Assembly (NCBI GenBank): GCA_026023565.1 | Contig: JAPETS010000002.1 | Span: forward strand, 682,001-746,000 | DNA length: 64,000 nucleotides | Source: Cirrosporium novae-zelandiae | Taxonomy: Eukaryota | Direction of reading: 5' to 3' | In this document: one piece after another, positions 52,995 to 64,000 of the stretch | Position numbering within the stretch: the stretch's first letter is position 1 | Layout of the letters: each line of letters starts with the position of its first letter | Position numbers and translations under genes: made by a program | The notes under the pieces: generated by a model | What the model was told of the DNA's origin: nothing | The model's database searches: none | What the model saw: only the letters and a program-made list of their open reading frames with translations

Positions 52995-54481
52995 TTATGC
53001 TGCAATATACGAAGTATCAACCCAGTCGGAGTAATCGGAGCCCAAGACATCGGTGATAGAGAGGGCGCTGGAAAGAGTAGTGGCAAAGCTGGCCCTGGTG
53101 CCAGAAGCACCATCACCGGAGTTGTCATATTCGGCGAAAGTGACGTAATCAGTACGCTCGTCATCAGTGTTCCAAACTTCCCAGCCAGCACTGTTAACAA
53201 CATCAGAGAGGACCGTGTTCTGGAAGATGACACGGGCATAGTCCTGCCATGGGCGGCCGAGATAAGTTCCTCCCGAGGAAGCGGACGAAGAGGTGCTGTA
53301 GTCGACGGTAGATTCATTGATGACATAGTAGCCGTCATCGTCGGAGGAACGGCCGCTGGCAGTGATAGTGCCATCGGCCGACACACCAATGTCGCTTGAG
53401 TCGATCCACACAATACCTTCCTGGCCGAAGATGAAATCCGTGGCACCCTCGATGTAGCATTTTCCATATACCTGATAACCCTGTTCCGCAAGCAGGGTAT
53501 CCTGGTAGCCGGTGAGCTGGCAGCCATAGCAGCCGAAATAGTCACCGTAGGCACTGAGAGCGATGGCCTGGGAACCCTCGCCGTACGAATTTGCGATGTT
53601 CACGTTGTAAATCTTGACGTAGTCACTCTGAACGCGAACGGTGCCGGTTTCATCATCATCGTAGTCGCCAGAGGCTTGGCTGAGGTCGTAGGTGATGGTT
53701 GCACCGTTTCCGGAGTACGAGCTTGTGTCGGTGGTGTAGCCATAGATGATAAGGGATGAGGCGAGTTCTGGGATTACAACTTGTTCATTGTAGGTTCCTT
53801 CGTCAATGAAGATGGATTGCTCGGTTGTGGTGCTGGTATCAAGAGCATCGACAGCATCTTGGACCTGTAACGTGTTAGAGATCAGGTCGAGGGGTTTTCG
53901 AAGCAGACAAAAAAAAAAAAAAAAAAAGGTTAGGAGATACATACCGTGCTGTAGTCGCCCGACGAGCCAACTGTCAGAGCACCGTCTGGGGCACTAGTCC
54001 TGCTAGTTCCAGTAGAGGAGGCAGCGACCGAGGACTCAACCTACGTGTGTTTTATTAGAAGATTTGAAATTTGAAATGAGTTGCCAAAAGGAATACATAC
54101 CGAGCTGTAATCAGCGGACGAGTTGCTAGATGAGCTGCCAGTGGAAGCACTATATGCGGCGCTGGATGTAGCAGAGCTAGCCACCTCATCTACAGCAGAG
54201 CTAACTGCATAACTAGCGGCAGAGGTACTTGCGACAGCATAGGCAGAAGATGCGACCTATGCGCGTGTGTTAGTTAGGCGACTGGTGGTTTAAAGGTAAG
54301 AAACATAGATTGTACGAGGGAATATACATACGGTGCTGAAACCGCTTGATGAGCCATCCGAGGAGTCACCCGACGGGCCCATCTGCCAGTCACCATTGGG
54401 AGAACCCCCTCCTTGAAAGCCGGAGAAGTCTTCTGCGAGGACGTATCCTGCTAGAGACAGAAGAGAAACGAGGGTATACAT
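52995..54481 (-). CDS. Secreted pectin methylesterase (CAZy CE8) with a Ser/Ala-rich N-terminal linker
   Basis: Signal peptide MYTLVSLLSLAGYVLA; CE8 motifs GTYNEQV, SQAIAL, GYQDTL, IEGATDFIFG and YLGRPW. Phase-0 introns 54331-54257, 54100-54041 and 53944-53865. Confidence 0.95.
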
Positions 54482-55959
54482 ATTTGTTTGAAGGAAGGGT
54501 TGAAAAGAATGATAGGATATACGAAGCACACAAAAAAAGAATGGAATTCGAAGAAGAACTACCGTTGATCAACAAGGTAGATGGAATTCTTCACTATTGA
54601 TGCTTACGGGAAAGAATAAAAAGATAATGGAATGGAATAAATGGAATGGGACTCTCTCTTCTTAATAGAAAGCGCAAATAGAAAATCTCCATCATGACTC
54701 GCTGGGAAAAGGGTTTGAAACTTCAAGTGGTAGTTTTATCTACGACATCGTTTGTTGCTTTCGAAACAATAGTAATGTGAGGATCTTGGAAATATTTTAG
54801 AGCCAGTCCTAAGTAGGTTACCAAGGCAAGATTATCGAGGACAATCTGGGTAGACCAAAGCGACATTTATATTAAAAGTACGTTTCACGATTCATATACC
54901 GTGTTTGCCAAGGGGCCATTGTTGGTTCTAGACGGGGAAAAGCTTCATAGGCAAGATGGAAAAGTCTTGAACGTCTTGACTCTTGCTTATTTTTTTAAAC
55001 GAAATAAAACAAATATAGAAACATTAGGTTATATTATTCCATAGTCAAATATAAAAGTAAACACATTTTATTTAATTATTTTCTTCCCTCGTTTATTTTT
55101 CTATTGTGATTGTGATTATGGGTGGAATCGGGGCAACGATTGAAACGTCATCTATTAATAATAATAATTAATGTATCGTAGTTCCCCGTTATTCCGTCCC
55201 CCAACTCGGAGGATACCACATCAAGATAAAACATTTGAACTCGTCCCCACAATCCAATCAATATGACGAATCCATGGGATGTTTTTGCTTACCTCAGTTC
55301 TTAGTTGTACTGAGTATGTTGGGGGTGTTCTGACGTTGTGTAACTTCTTCCCGCTTCTCCCTCGTGTGCCCTATTATTGCCTAAGGCATCCAGTCACATC
55401 CCATGTGATAGTCACGTGCATTACTAGCTTCAAACCTTAATTTTAAAATCTACAAATAACTAAAAAATTCTCTCTTCATTTCCTTTTCTTCTTCAGTCGA
55501 CTTTACTTGTATGTTCCCCCCCCCTCCAAACCTTTTATGACTATGATAATCGACCACCTGCTAACTCCCCAACAGCATAGAATCAATTCTATAGTAAACG
55601 TCCTCTACTGAGCTCCTTACAAGAGCCACAGTACCCCAACCTGGCTGATGACTGCATGTCCTCAGCGCCCTAGAGTGAAGCCTTTATACTTCCGTCATGC
55701 CTCTCGAGGTGTGCTCTCTTTAGAGAGAGGAAGTGGTGATGATCTCAACCCTTTTGTGCGTTTGGCTTCGGTCGGTACAATTGGGTGGGTGTTGATGGAG
55801 GTCTGACAGGTCCATTTTTCATTGAGCTGCCGCTTTATGTGGGAGGTTGAAGAAGAATAGAGACTATTTTTGAGGATCTCAAAATGGTCTATTTGATAGG
55901 TCTACTTGAGACTTGGGTAATGTTACGGTTCCTCAGCACATGCCCGACTAGGCCAGACT

Positions 55960-55979
55960 GCTAGGGCATATGCCCTAGC
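55960..55979. repeat. 20-bp perfect palindrome
   Basis: GCTAGGGCATATGCCCTAGC is self-complementary. Confidence 0.9.
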
Positions 55980-56226
55980 GTCACCTTAGATTCTAGACCC
56001 CAGTCAACAATATCCACACCAGCTACACCCTACTATTAGACATCATAACAGGTAATTTCCATGCATTAATTACCTGTTCAGAAGAAAGTCACCGTAGCTC
56101 GGAAAACATCATGAGAGTCAATATTTTGTCATTCCTATGTACTTCTAAAGCATTATATCCAAGCGCATAACTCATACATCATCAAACATATACATCATTA
56201 TTTTCATAGTCCTTTGACATCAAACC

Positions 56227-56796
56227 TCATACCAGAAGCATCCCCCCACAAATCATCAGCAACATCCACGCAAATATTTTGAGTATACTCGTATCAAAAT
56301 CAAACTGCTTTTTCCCCGCACTAGGGCTCACAATAGCCGTACACCCCCTCGTAGTTGGGATTCCATCCCCGACCATCGTCAGTGTTGTCGTCGGACAATT
56401 ACCATATACCACCCCCACGGCCCCCGCAGCCTGTGTTGTCGTAGCTTGCACGACTGTCACGTACACGACTCCTCGTATTGTTGTGGTGACCTGGGCATAC
56501 ACCGTCGAAGTCACATGTTGCGTATACACAGCTTGTCCCTGACATTGATTCCCAGAGGGACAGCAAGCTATGGCGCCGGTACCGTCAAGAGCGCAGTATT
56601 GGCCATCAGAACAGCAATAATTGCTGAAGCCTTTGTCAGAGCAGGAGACCAAGTTACCACCGGAGTAAGAGGGGTTCCCCCCGACGTAGATGGCGGTGTA
56701 AAAGCTCCCGTAATAGGTTTGCGCCGCTGTGAGGGCGGGGAATAACGCGAGGAGGAGGGTTAAGAAGGGGAGGAAGAAAGAGCGAGGGGGTAACAT
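56227..56796 (-). CDS. Small secreted Cys-rich, probably GPI-anchored cell-surface protein (189 aa)
   Basis: Signal MLPPRSFFLPFLTLLLALFPALTAA; C..CC..C..CC..C cluster (SCSDKGFSNYCCSDGQYCALDGTGAIACCPSGNQCQG); Thr-rich stalk; hydrophobic C-terminus after SPSAG. Confidence 0.8.
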   Translation of the reverse strand: MLPPRSFFLPFLTLLLALFPALTAAQTYYGSFYTAIYVGGNPSYSGGNLVSCSDKGFSNYCCSDGQYCALDGTGAIACCPSGNQCQGQAVYTQHVTSTVYAQVTTTIRGVVYVTVVQATTTQAAGAVGVVYGNCPTTTLTMVGDGIPTTRGCTAIVSPSAGKKQFDFDTSILKIFAWMLLMICGGMLLV

Positions 56797-57497
56797 TGGC
56801 ACGGGACTTTCGGGCTGGGGCGCCTGAGCTGTTCTACTTATACTATTAGAGGGGGGAAACCTTAGCATTAATTTAGACGAATAGTGAAGGAGGTAATTAA
56901 TTGAACGAACCCTTTGGGGGAGAGGGGGAGAGGGGGAGAGAGAGGACGAGAAAGCAATGGAAAGCAAGCCAAAAAAAATTAGTATAAATGAACAAAGACG
57001 AGGAGGAGGATTTTATTAACAGAAAGTCTCGTAATTAACAATATGTTGAAAAAAGAAGAGAGATGGAGCAGGGCATTTTTAGACACACTTCCAACAGCAC
57101 ATGCAGATGGAAGAAGCACGAGATTACAAGACTTGCTTTGCTGCGTTGGGAGAGCCCTTTTCATTCTTCCCGGGCAAAGCAAGCAAAGCAAGCCACTTCG
57201 ACGTCATCGTACTGATGTCACATTGATAGGGCTGCACGTGGGCTGCTAATTATGCGACTACAACAACGCTTACAGTAGTACATCAGGTACTGTTCTGTTT
57301 GAACTACTGAGAGCCCTCCCCTCATAATTAGGCAAATTCTTCTTTCTCCACTTTGTTGGACTTTTGGACATCAATCCTTTTGTGCTTTTGTGAAACTTAA
57401 CCCTTTAAAACCTTCTAATCCAAATCCAAATATTCTGCAAGGCAAGGCGTGTGTGCCAGGCACGCACGCTAGGGCAAACTTCAACAACACCAATGCC

Positions 57498-57508
57498 TAA
57501 TAATGATG

Positions 57509-57543
<35 letters not shown>
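57498..57543. repeat. (TAA)n microsatellite
   Basis: taataatgatgataataataa... run. Confidence 0.95.
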
Positions 57544-57544
<1 letters not shown>

Positions 57545-58669
57545 TTGTTTGTTCTCTCAAATGAGAGATTAGTACAACCATCAACCGATGTTCGGGCTCT
57601 AATTAAATCCAAAGCAAAGATGTCCCCCTTTGGGTTGATTGTTTACTTCATCTCTCCTTTCAACTACAGTATCGAGATCCGAAGGCTCGGTCAGATATAC
57701 AGAATTTTCATTATCCGCACGAAAGCAATTACTAACTAAGGAAGCAAACCTCCGAAGTTCCTTCTCTAGTCCTGTTTGTTGTGATGGTCCTGTACCTGAA
57801 AGGAAGGAGAAGACTCAGGAAAAAAGGTGTTATCCGTTTTGGAGGAGGAGGAGGAGATATTTAGTGAAAGAAGTTGCTGTAACTACAGCTTTCGCTGAAT
57901 GTCCGAGCATATATACACAAAGGAATTTAATTATTGGAACTCCTATTAATAAACACAGGAGGGACAAACAAACAACAACAACTCTATCGAACTCATATAT
58001 ATATAATTTCTTAGTCGATCCTTCTAATTATAATTTCTAATTCTAATTCTACTAGTCCCAAGACAGAAGAAGAAGAAAAAACGAAAAAACGGACGTTCCA
58101 ATGCAATGACACAGTATGTAAAAAAAGTTATCTCTCTTCTTCTTAGATATTACCATCCATCCCCATAAAATAAAATAAATGGCAGAGACTATAGCAGATG
58201 GAGAAAAAAACTCTATGATATCCCCTTCCCCTCCCCTTCCTTAGACACACAAGGTCCAGATAAATACGCCGTGATTAGGTGTTAATTAACTTCTAATTAA
58301 TAATCCCGTCTTAAGATAAATGGATAGAATGATTAATGAATGAGATTTTTTTGATAATGAGGAGGGGGGGAGAGCTGAGATGATGACGGCCTCCTTGGTT
58401 GATACTTATTTGTTGATTAGATGTGAATTGAACGAAGGAGGGGGGGTTATTTCGGAAGATAAATTTTTAAAGAAAGTGGGAAGTGGGAAGTGGAAATGGA
58501 AATGGAAAAAAAGGGACTTCCTTCTTTGCTCTAGTATTGGGATTTTACTGTGACCATAATACATAATACGTTAATATTGCGCTGTAACTATGTTAAACCA
58601 AAAAGAAGAAGAAAAAAACCAAAAGGAACCAATGGTAGTAGTACATCGCACCCATCCCATCAATCCCAC

Positions 58670-59371
58670 CTACAACCCCAACGGATTCTCCCCCGTCTGT
58701 TCCTTCCCCCCAAACCCCTCCCCCCTCAATTTCTCCCACTCCCTCTCTTTCCTCTTCTCCTCCCTCTCATCCAGCCGCTTCAAATCCTCATTCCCGCACC
58801 CAACGCCCAACACCCCCCCCCAAGCCTCACCCGCCTTGAACACCCCGCCCACGGTCGAACCCACCAGTGCGCCTACGGGCTGGGTCGTCTTTTCGAAGAC
58901 TGTGCCTAGGGGCTTGCCAACGGGTGAGAGGGTCTTTGAGATTTTTTGAGAGGCGCGGGCGCCGGGGGCGGAGAGGAGGAGACCTTCGGATGAGGAGGTG
59001 CTGCTTAGGTTGTAGGCTTGGGAGGTTTTGTTTTCTTTTTTTTTCTGTTGAGAGTCTTTGGGGTTGGGGTTGGGGTTGGGATCATCTCCTTGTTTGGCCG
59101 ATGGGGTTTCGGTTTCGTCTTTGGTGGCGGCGGGGTTGGAAGTAGACGATGTCGGATCCTCAGATTTCGATTCTGTTTCTTTAGTCGCTATAGTGGTGGT
59201 GCCGACTTGATCACCCAAAGGTAAATGCGTAGGAAACGCTTCCTCTCCCCCCTCTCTCGACGTTTCCTGAGACATAAGACCCGATTCTTGAATTCGTTGT
59301 TGGAGCTCTTCTGCCGTGCCGGGGGGAATCACACCCGAGTCTTGGATACGTCGGAGGAGTTGTTCTGCCAT
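58670..59371 (-). CDS. Hypothetical fungal protein, 233 aa, ending GGKEQTGENPLGL
   Basis: ATG ORF with an internal repeat (AEQLLRRIQDSG / AEELQQRIQESG), a Gly-rich amphipathic segment (PVGALVGSTVGGVFKAG) and a conserved-looking C-terminal tail. Function unknown. Confidence 0.75.
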   Translation of the reverse strand: MAEQLLRRIQDSGVIPPGTAEELQQRIQESGLMSQETSREGGEEAFPTHLPLGDQVGTTTIATKETESKSEDPTSSTSNPAATKDETETPSAKQGDDPNPNPNPKDSQQKKKENKTSQAYNLSSTSSSEGLLLSAPGARASQKISKTLSPVGKPLGTVFEKTTQPVGALVGSTVGGVFKAGEAWGGVLGVGCGNEDLKRLDEREEKRKEREWEKLRGEGFGGKEQTGENPLGL

Positions 59372-59993
59372 TCTTTCTTTCTTTGTTTCTTTCTCTCTCT
59401 CTCTCTTCCTTTTTGGTTTGGGTTTTTAGAGAGAGCTGGAGATAATGGTTCTAAAAGGGGTTTTCTTTTCTTTTTTTTTGGGGTAGGGAAAATGGATTGG
59501 CGGAAAAGTTTAGAGTGAATGAATGAGAGTTGGATACTTATCTAGAGATTATCATGGCATAGGAATGGTGTTTTGGGGATGACGTCGATGACGTTGTGGT
59601 TGGCGGTGGTGGGCGAAACCCTGGACCCTGAGGTCCGTTTTTTTGGTCGGCTGATTTGAAATTTGAATTTCGTGTAACCTGTAGGTGGTATTGCTTTTGG
59701 GGATCCATGTACTTGGGAGAATTGGTAGCAAATCATTGCTATGATTGTTTTGTTTTGTTGTGGGCTTAGAAGTCCAACGGTTATTTCATGGTTGAAGGAG
59801 GCGAATCCACATACATAATATTTACAGACAAGGCCCCCCCTTCCCATTGAATGAGACCATACAGAGAAAAATTGTTTGCAAACGTTAAATAGGATATGCC
59901 CACACAGATTTGAACCAATTCGTTATCTATTATATTTTTTTAAAAATTATCAATTTCAACAAGTAAAATGAGTACATGGTAATCTGTACAACA

Positions 59994-62184
59994 TTATCGA
60001 TGCTGCTGCCCAGGGTCATGACGGTCAGTCACATCATGTTCATCCGATATTGAAGACGCCGCTATTGAACCGGCAGCCAGCGAAGCCAGTGAATCTATCG
60101 AGGTTCTCTCATCCGAGCTTAATAGCTCCTCCCGCTCGCCCCCATGCCCCCTCATTTCCAGCCCAATCTGAGGCGCATTCTTCATTCCTTCCTCCACCGC
60201 CGCATATCCTCCGTTGGATCCGTGCAATCGGTATCGGAAAAGATATACTAGTGCGCCAGCAGCAGCAAGGAAACAACAGGCAAAGAGAATTAGAAACACG
60301 CCTAGAAGAACGCGCACGTCGCGGACCAAAGCGGTTATCCGAGCATTGAGCTTTGAAGATTTAACTGTAAGTTTGGCTAGCTTATCTTTGGCTTCTTGGA
60401 TCGACAAACTGCTAGCTTCGGTAAGCTCATCGTCGTCAAACTCGTCGTTTGAATCGCTATCAAACGAACTCCAGTTTGGAGGCATCGTGGTTACCTCCAC
60501 ACTCGAGTTCCCTAGCCTTTCGCCTGTTTTTGAAACACCCTCGGCTATGACATATTTCATGAATCCGTCGGCTTGGTACATGGTTTCAAAGCCCGTTTTG
60601 TTAGTACTGCCAATCAGAATCCAGTCTGCCGCTGTTGAATGGTCATTCTTGGCATAAAAATTCCAAGATGTAACTTCTGTTGCACCATTCCAGCTCACAT
60701 AGTACACCGTTGTGGTTGCCCCCGCCAATGGGGTGGTACCAAAAGCAAAGGCCTTCACGACCGGTGGTTCCTCAGGTTTACCAGTGAAATTGAACTTGTA
60801 TGTGCGGTAAGTCTCAAATCGATGGGATGCGAACTGCGCTTCCAGCACCATTTCACCGTCGGGCGTATACTCGCTCAAATAGCTGTTAGCACTCCATCCA
60901 ATGAAGGTGTTCAAATTGTTGAGAATTTGAACGTTTCCTCGTTTTCTGGTTAGTTCGTGGTCGGGTCGGTCCCATTTGTGTACCAAAGACGCCTTCATCG
61001 TGGACGTGTCTACCTTTATCACCATTCCCGAGGAATAGGATGCTATCGATGTACCAAGATCGGCTGCGTTGTTCAGGAATGAAATAACTGTGATGGAGCC
61101 ATTCTCATATCGAAACCGGGCATCATGCTGATAAGCGAAATCAAAACCTTCCATCTTAAAATCGCCTTCAACGCCTCCTAGCTGCCAGATGATGTGGCCG
61201 TCTTCTCCAGACACTTTGTATATGGCGCAAGTATGTCGCCCAGAAACAAGATAGTCTCCGTCGGCATTTTTATCAATAGAGTTCATGTGGATGTAATCCC
61301 ACGTACCCGCGTCCATGATGGCACCCAGCGAATAGGGGACGTTTGTTTCGGATTTGGTAAGAGGGATATGGGTTAGCCCACTCCACTTGAAGTTCGCGGA
61401 TTCCGTATCAATGTCCATCTCGACAAAACCGTTGTCGGTTACGCGACCAGTCCCATGTTTCCCATCGAGTTCGGAGATGTCGGTTTCCTCAACCTGTTCT
61501 GCAACCATCAGAGCAGTTTTGCCTCCCTCGATGACATTGAATTCGTGCATGTTGAACTTAGGGACCCCATCCACCATATGAACGGTCTTTTTGAGAGTAA
61601 AGCTATTATCGACAATCCACCCAACCCCTCTCTTATCTTCCTCTTCATTTTCTTCGGGCGCGAGAATCATGGACATGGCTAATGAGCCGTCCAATTGTTC
61701 AAAGACCCTGAAGTCGCATGTGGGTCGGTTTTTGAGCAAGCACGCTCCGCTCCATACTAGATTCTATTGTCCCATGCTATCAGGACTCGTGGTCGAAGAT
61801 TTCTAGGGCTACTAGGAAGTGGGGAGAAAACATACTCCTTCATTGTCATATATATGAGGACCAACTTGGCAGGTTTCGTACCTATCCGAAGTGACAGATT
61901 CGTATAGATTGGCGTATGGAGCAGTAAACCAGTAGCCCGGTGTTACGCTCTCTGCTTTATAGGTTGTAACATTAAATTTTGGCGGCCTAAGTTCTGGCCG
62001 CTACAGTACAGAATCAAAGGTCAGCTTCAGGACTTGAAAGTTAGAAGGTTGGGAAGGGGAAACGGACTGTGATATAAGTAGCTAGGTCGTCATCCTCATC
62101 GAATTGTGATGCAATAGTACTTTTTGGTAGTAGTAGTAGTAGTAGCAGGGATATGAAAAAAGATGTTAAGCATGGTAAGAACAT
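59994..62184 (-). CDS. Arylsulfotransferase (ASST)-domain protein with signal peptide and C-terminal transmembrane helix
   Basis: TRPELRPPKFNV, GPHIYDNEGNLVWSG, NMHEF, WDYIHMNSIDK, YLVSGRHT, IIWQLGG, YQHDARF, YVSWNGATEV and GFET; TM helix VLLGVFLILFACCFLAAAGALVYLF. Introns 62067-62001 and 61835-61764. Confidence 0.9.
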
Positions 62185-64000
62185 TATTCTAGAAGTTCCA
62201 GAAAAAGCAAAAAAAAAAAGAACAATATGGATAGGATTATAGATCACGACAGCGGGAGCAGAATGGCGACATAAAGTCAAGGGAATATTTGGTATATGTA
62301 AGTACCAGGTACCTTGGGAGTGACCCCTCCACAAGGTACAAGACGATTCCACGCCCCCAATTTCAGCATTAGTAGAAGAATGCTTAGAAGGGAGACGTTG
62401 CTTGGTGGAGATGGGGCTGGATGGACTGGATGGGCTCAGATGGGGACAGATGGGACAGTTGGGATTGAACCATTCCTTCATGCCAAGAAGCTCCGGTCAG
62501 GGTAAAAGAAGCTCAAGAGGGATCAAAGAGGTGCCAAGATAGCCCGATTGAGGAATTTCCAGGGGGGGTGGACTCGACGGGGCACTCTGGGCACTTGGAC
62601 CGAATTAACTTCCAGGTTGGTTGTTGCTTTTGCCAAGACCTCCGTTACTTACAGAGCCCATACCATACCACGTATATCATACAGTACCATAACTATTCAT
62701 ACTTTACCTGACAGACTTCCTACCATTAGAAACCTTCATCTTTGCTACCTTTACCCGAGTTCTCCCCTTTGACTCTTCTCCTCTCTTGCGTCCTTTGCGT
62801 CAAATCAATCGCGCTAACAGTCGAGGGGAGGAAAAAAAAAAGAAAAAAATTCTTGGCAGGTCTCGGACTAAAAGTGTTAACCCTAGTAAAAGGAGTACGT
62901 ATGTCTTATCCATCACAAGTCGATCCAAAAGTCGATCCCAGTCTTTTCTCCCTCTCCCCCCCCAATTTATTAATCCCCACGCCTACGTATGCTACTCCAC
63001 GACTAGATCAGCATATTGCGAATGCTTTTTTTATTCTATTATTCTATTATAAATTAACGCGCTTAAGACACGAAACCTGCTACAATTTACAATTCATCAT
63101 CACATTCATGCGCACATACTCCCCAGTACGTGTGCATTCTTGTAACGGCCATCTTTATACAATCTTCACTATGACTGTGGCTGAGACCACGGCTGAAGAG
63201 ATGAGTGTCTGACGTAATCACAAAGGATCAGTGAAGACGGCAGAGTAATCCAAATTCGGACTCGATAAATCAAAATCATGAGGCTGTAGGATCAGCGGGA
63301 TTTTATCTAGACGAGTAAATAATTCCTTCTTAGTTAATTAGGACTAATTAGGGATCAATTGAGTTCGGTCAACAATTCGATTTGCCTTTCTTGGTAGATC
63401 AGATCTTTCCCGAGTCTTCCTTGACCCTTGCACATAACTTCTTGGTCCTTGGCCCCCTTGGCTGCTTGCCCGAGGAGCCTCCAAATATCCAAATGTCTTG
63501 GCTTGACTATTCCCGGCCAAAGTCAAATGTCTGTAAGCTTATCTTTCGACATCTTTTTATCCCTTTTATATCCCTTTTATGGCTTTTATGCTTTTATCCT
63601 TTAGCAACTAATTATCTTCTCTTATGAATTTATACAGAATTCAGCGTCTATCTAAGATACCAGGTAATGGGTGGAATCTCTCACAGCCATCTAAAGCACT
63701 TGCGAAACCAATCATCCCCTGCTCTGAACCGTTAATCCCACGCCCGCTAATGCTATCCATCCATTAACCGGCAATCATTTTCTAAAGGCTATCGAGTAAT
63801 CAAAAGTTCCAACCTGTCATTAAACTCATCACACGTGTATCAAAATCCCCTACATCTACATGTTTCTAACTCGAGCCGCATCATCCCTTTGCTTTTCCGT
63901 CTCTGTGTTTGTCGAGAACCCCAATCCAGCTGCCTTCTTCCTTCTCCCCTTGCGGTTCCCAAATTTCTCATCAAACTTTTTGATCGCTGATAATGAACTC

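Noticed and set aside
53865..53944. MYLLTFFFFFF as the pectinesterase signal peptide
   Set aside because: This is intron 3 with a poly-T run; the real signal peptide starts at 54481.
57503..57739. Poly-Ile ORF
   Set aside because: It is a translation of the (TAA)n microsatellite.

Overview
Intron-rich eukaryotic DNA from a filamentous ascomycete (Pezizomycotina). The evidence is short GT-AG introns with CTRAY-type branch sites and recognisably fungal proteins. The left ~44 kb is a housekeeping block: Vam6/Vps39, the giant HECT E3 ligase Tom1/HUWE1, a PRPP synthetase, RPS6, a Rox1-like HMG-box factor, nicotinamide riboside kinase, a SNF2 helicase, GON7, an HbrB/Bit61 TORC2 subunit and a MAPKBP1/WDR62-like WD40 protein. 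The right ~20 kb is accessory-like: hypothetical genes, a U1 snRNA gene absent from the ORF track, a very acidic pectin methylesterase, a Cys-rich GPI-type protein and a membrane-anchored arylsulfotransferase-domain protein. The best candidate for an undescribed system is a head-to-head pair of Q/G-rich paralogs (46077-49116) that share a 28-aa alternating-hydrophobic C-terminal motif and an identically placed last-codon intron. Other oddities are an apparently triplicated exon/intron junction in the pectinesterase, a PRS intron lacking an AG at the expected acceptor, a divergent U1 loop I and several perfect palindromes. Gene models were spliced by eye and family calls come from motif recognition; no database search was run.
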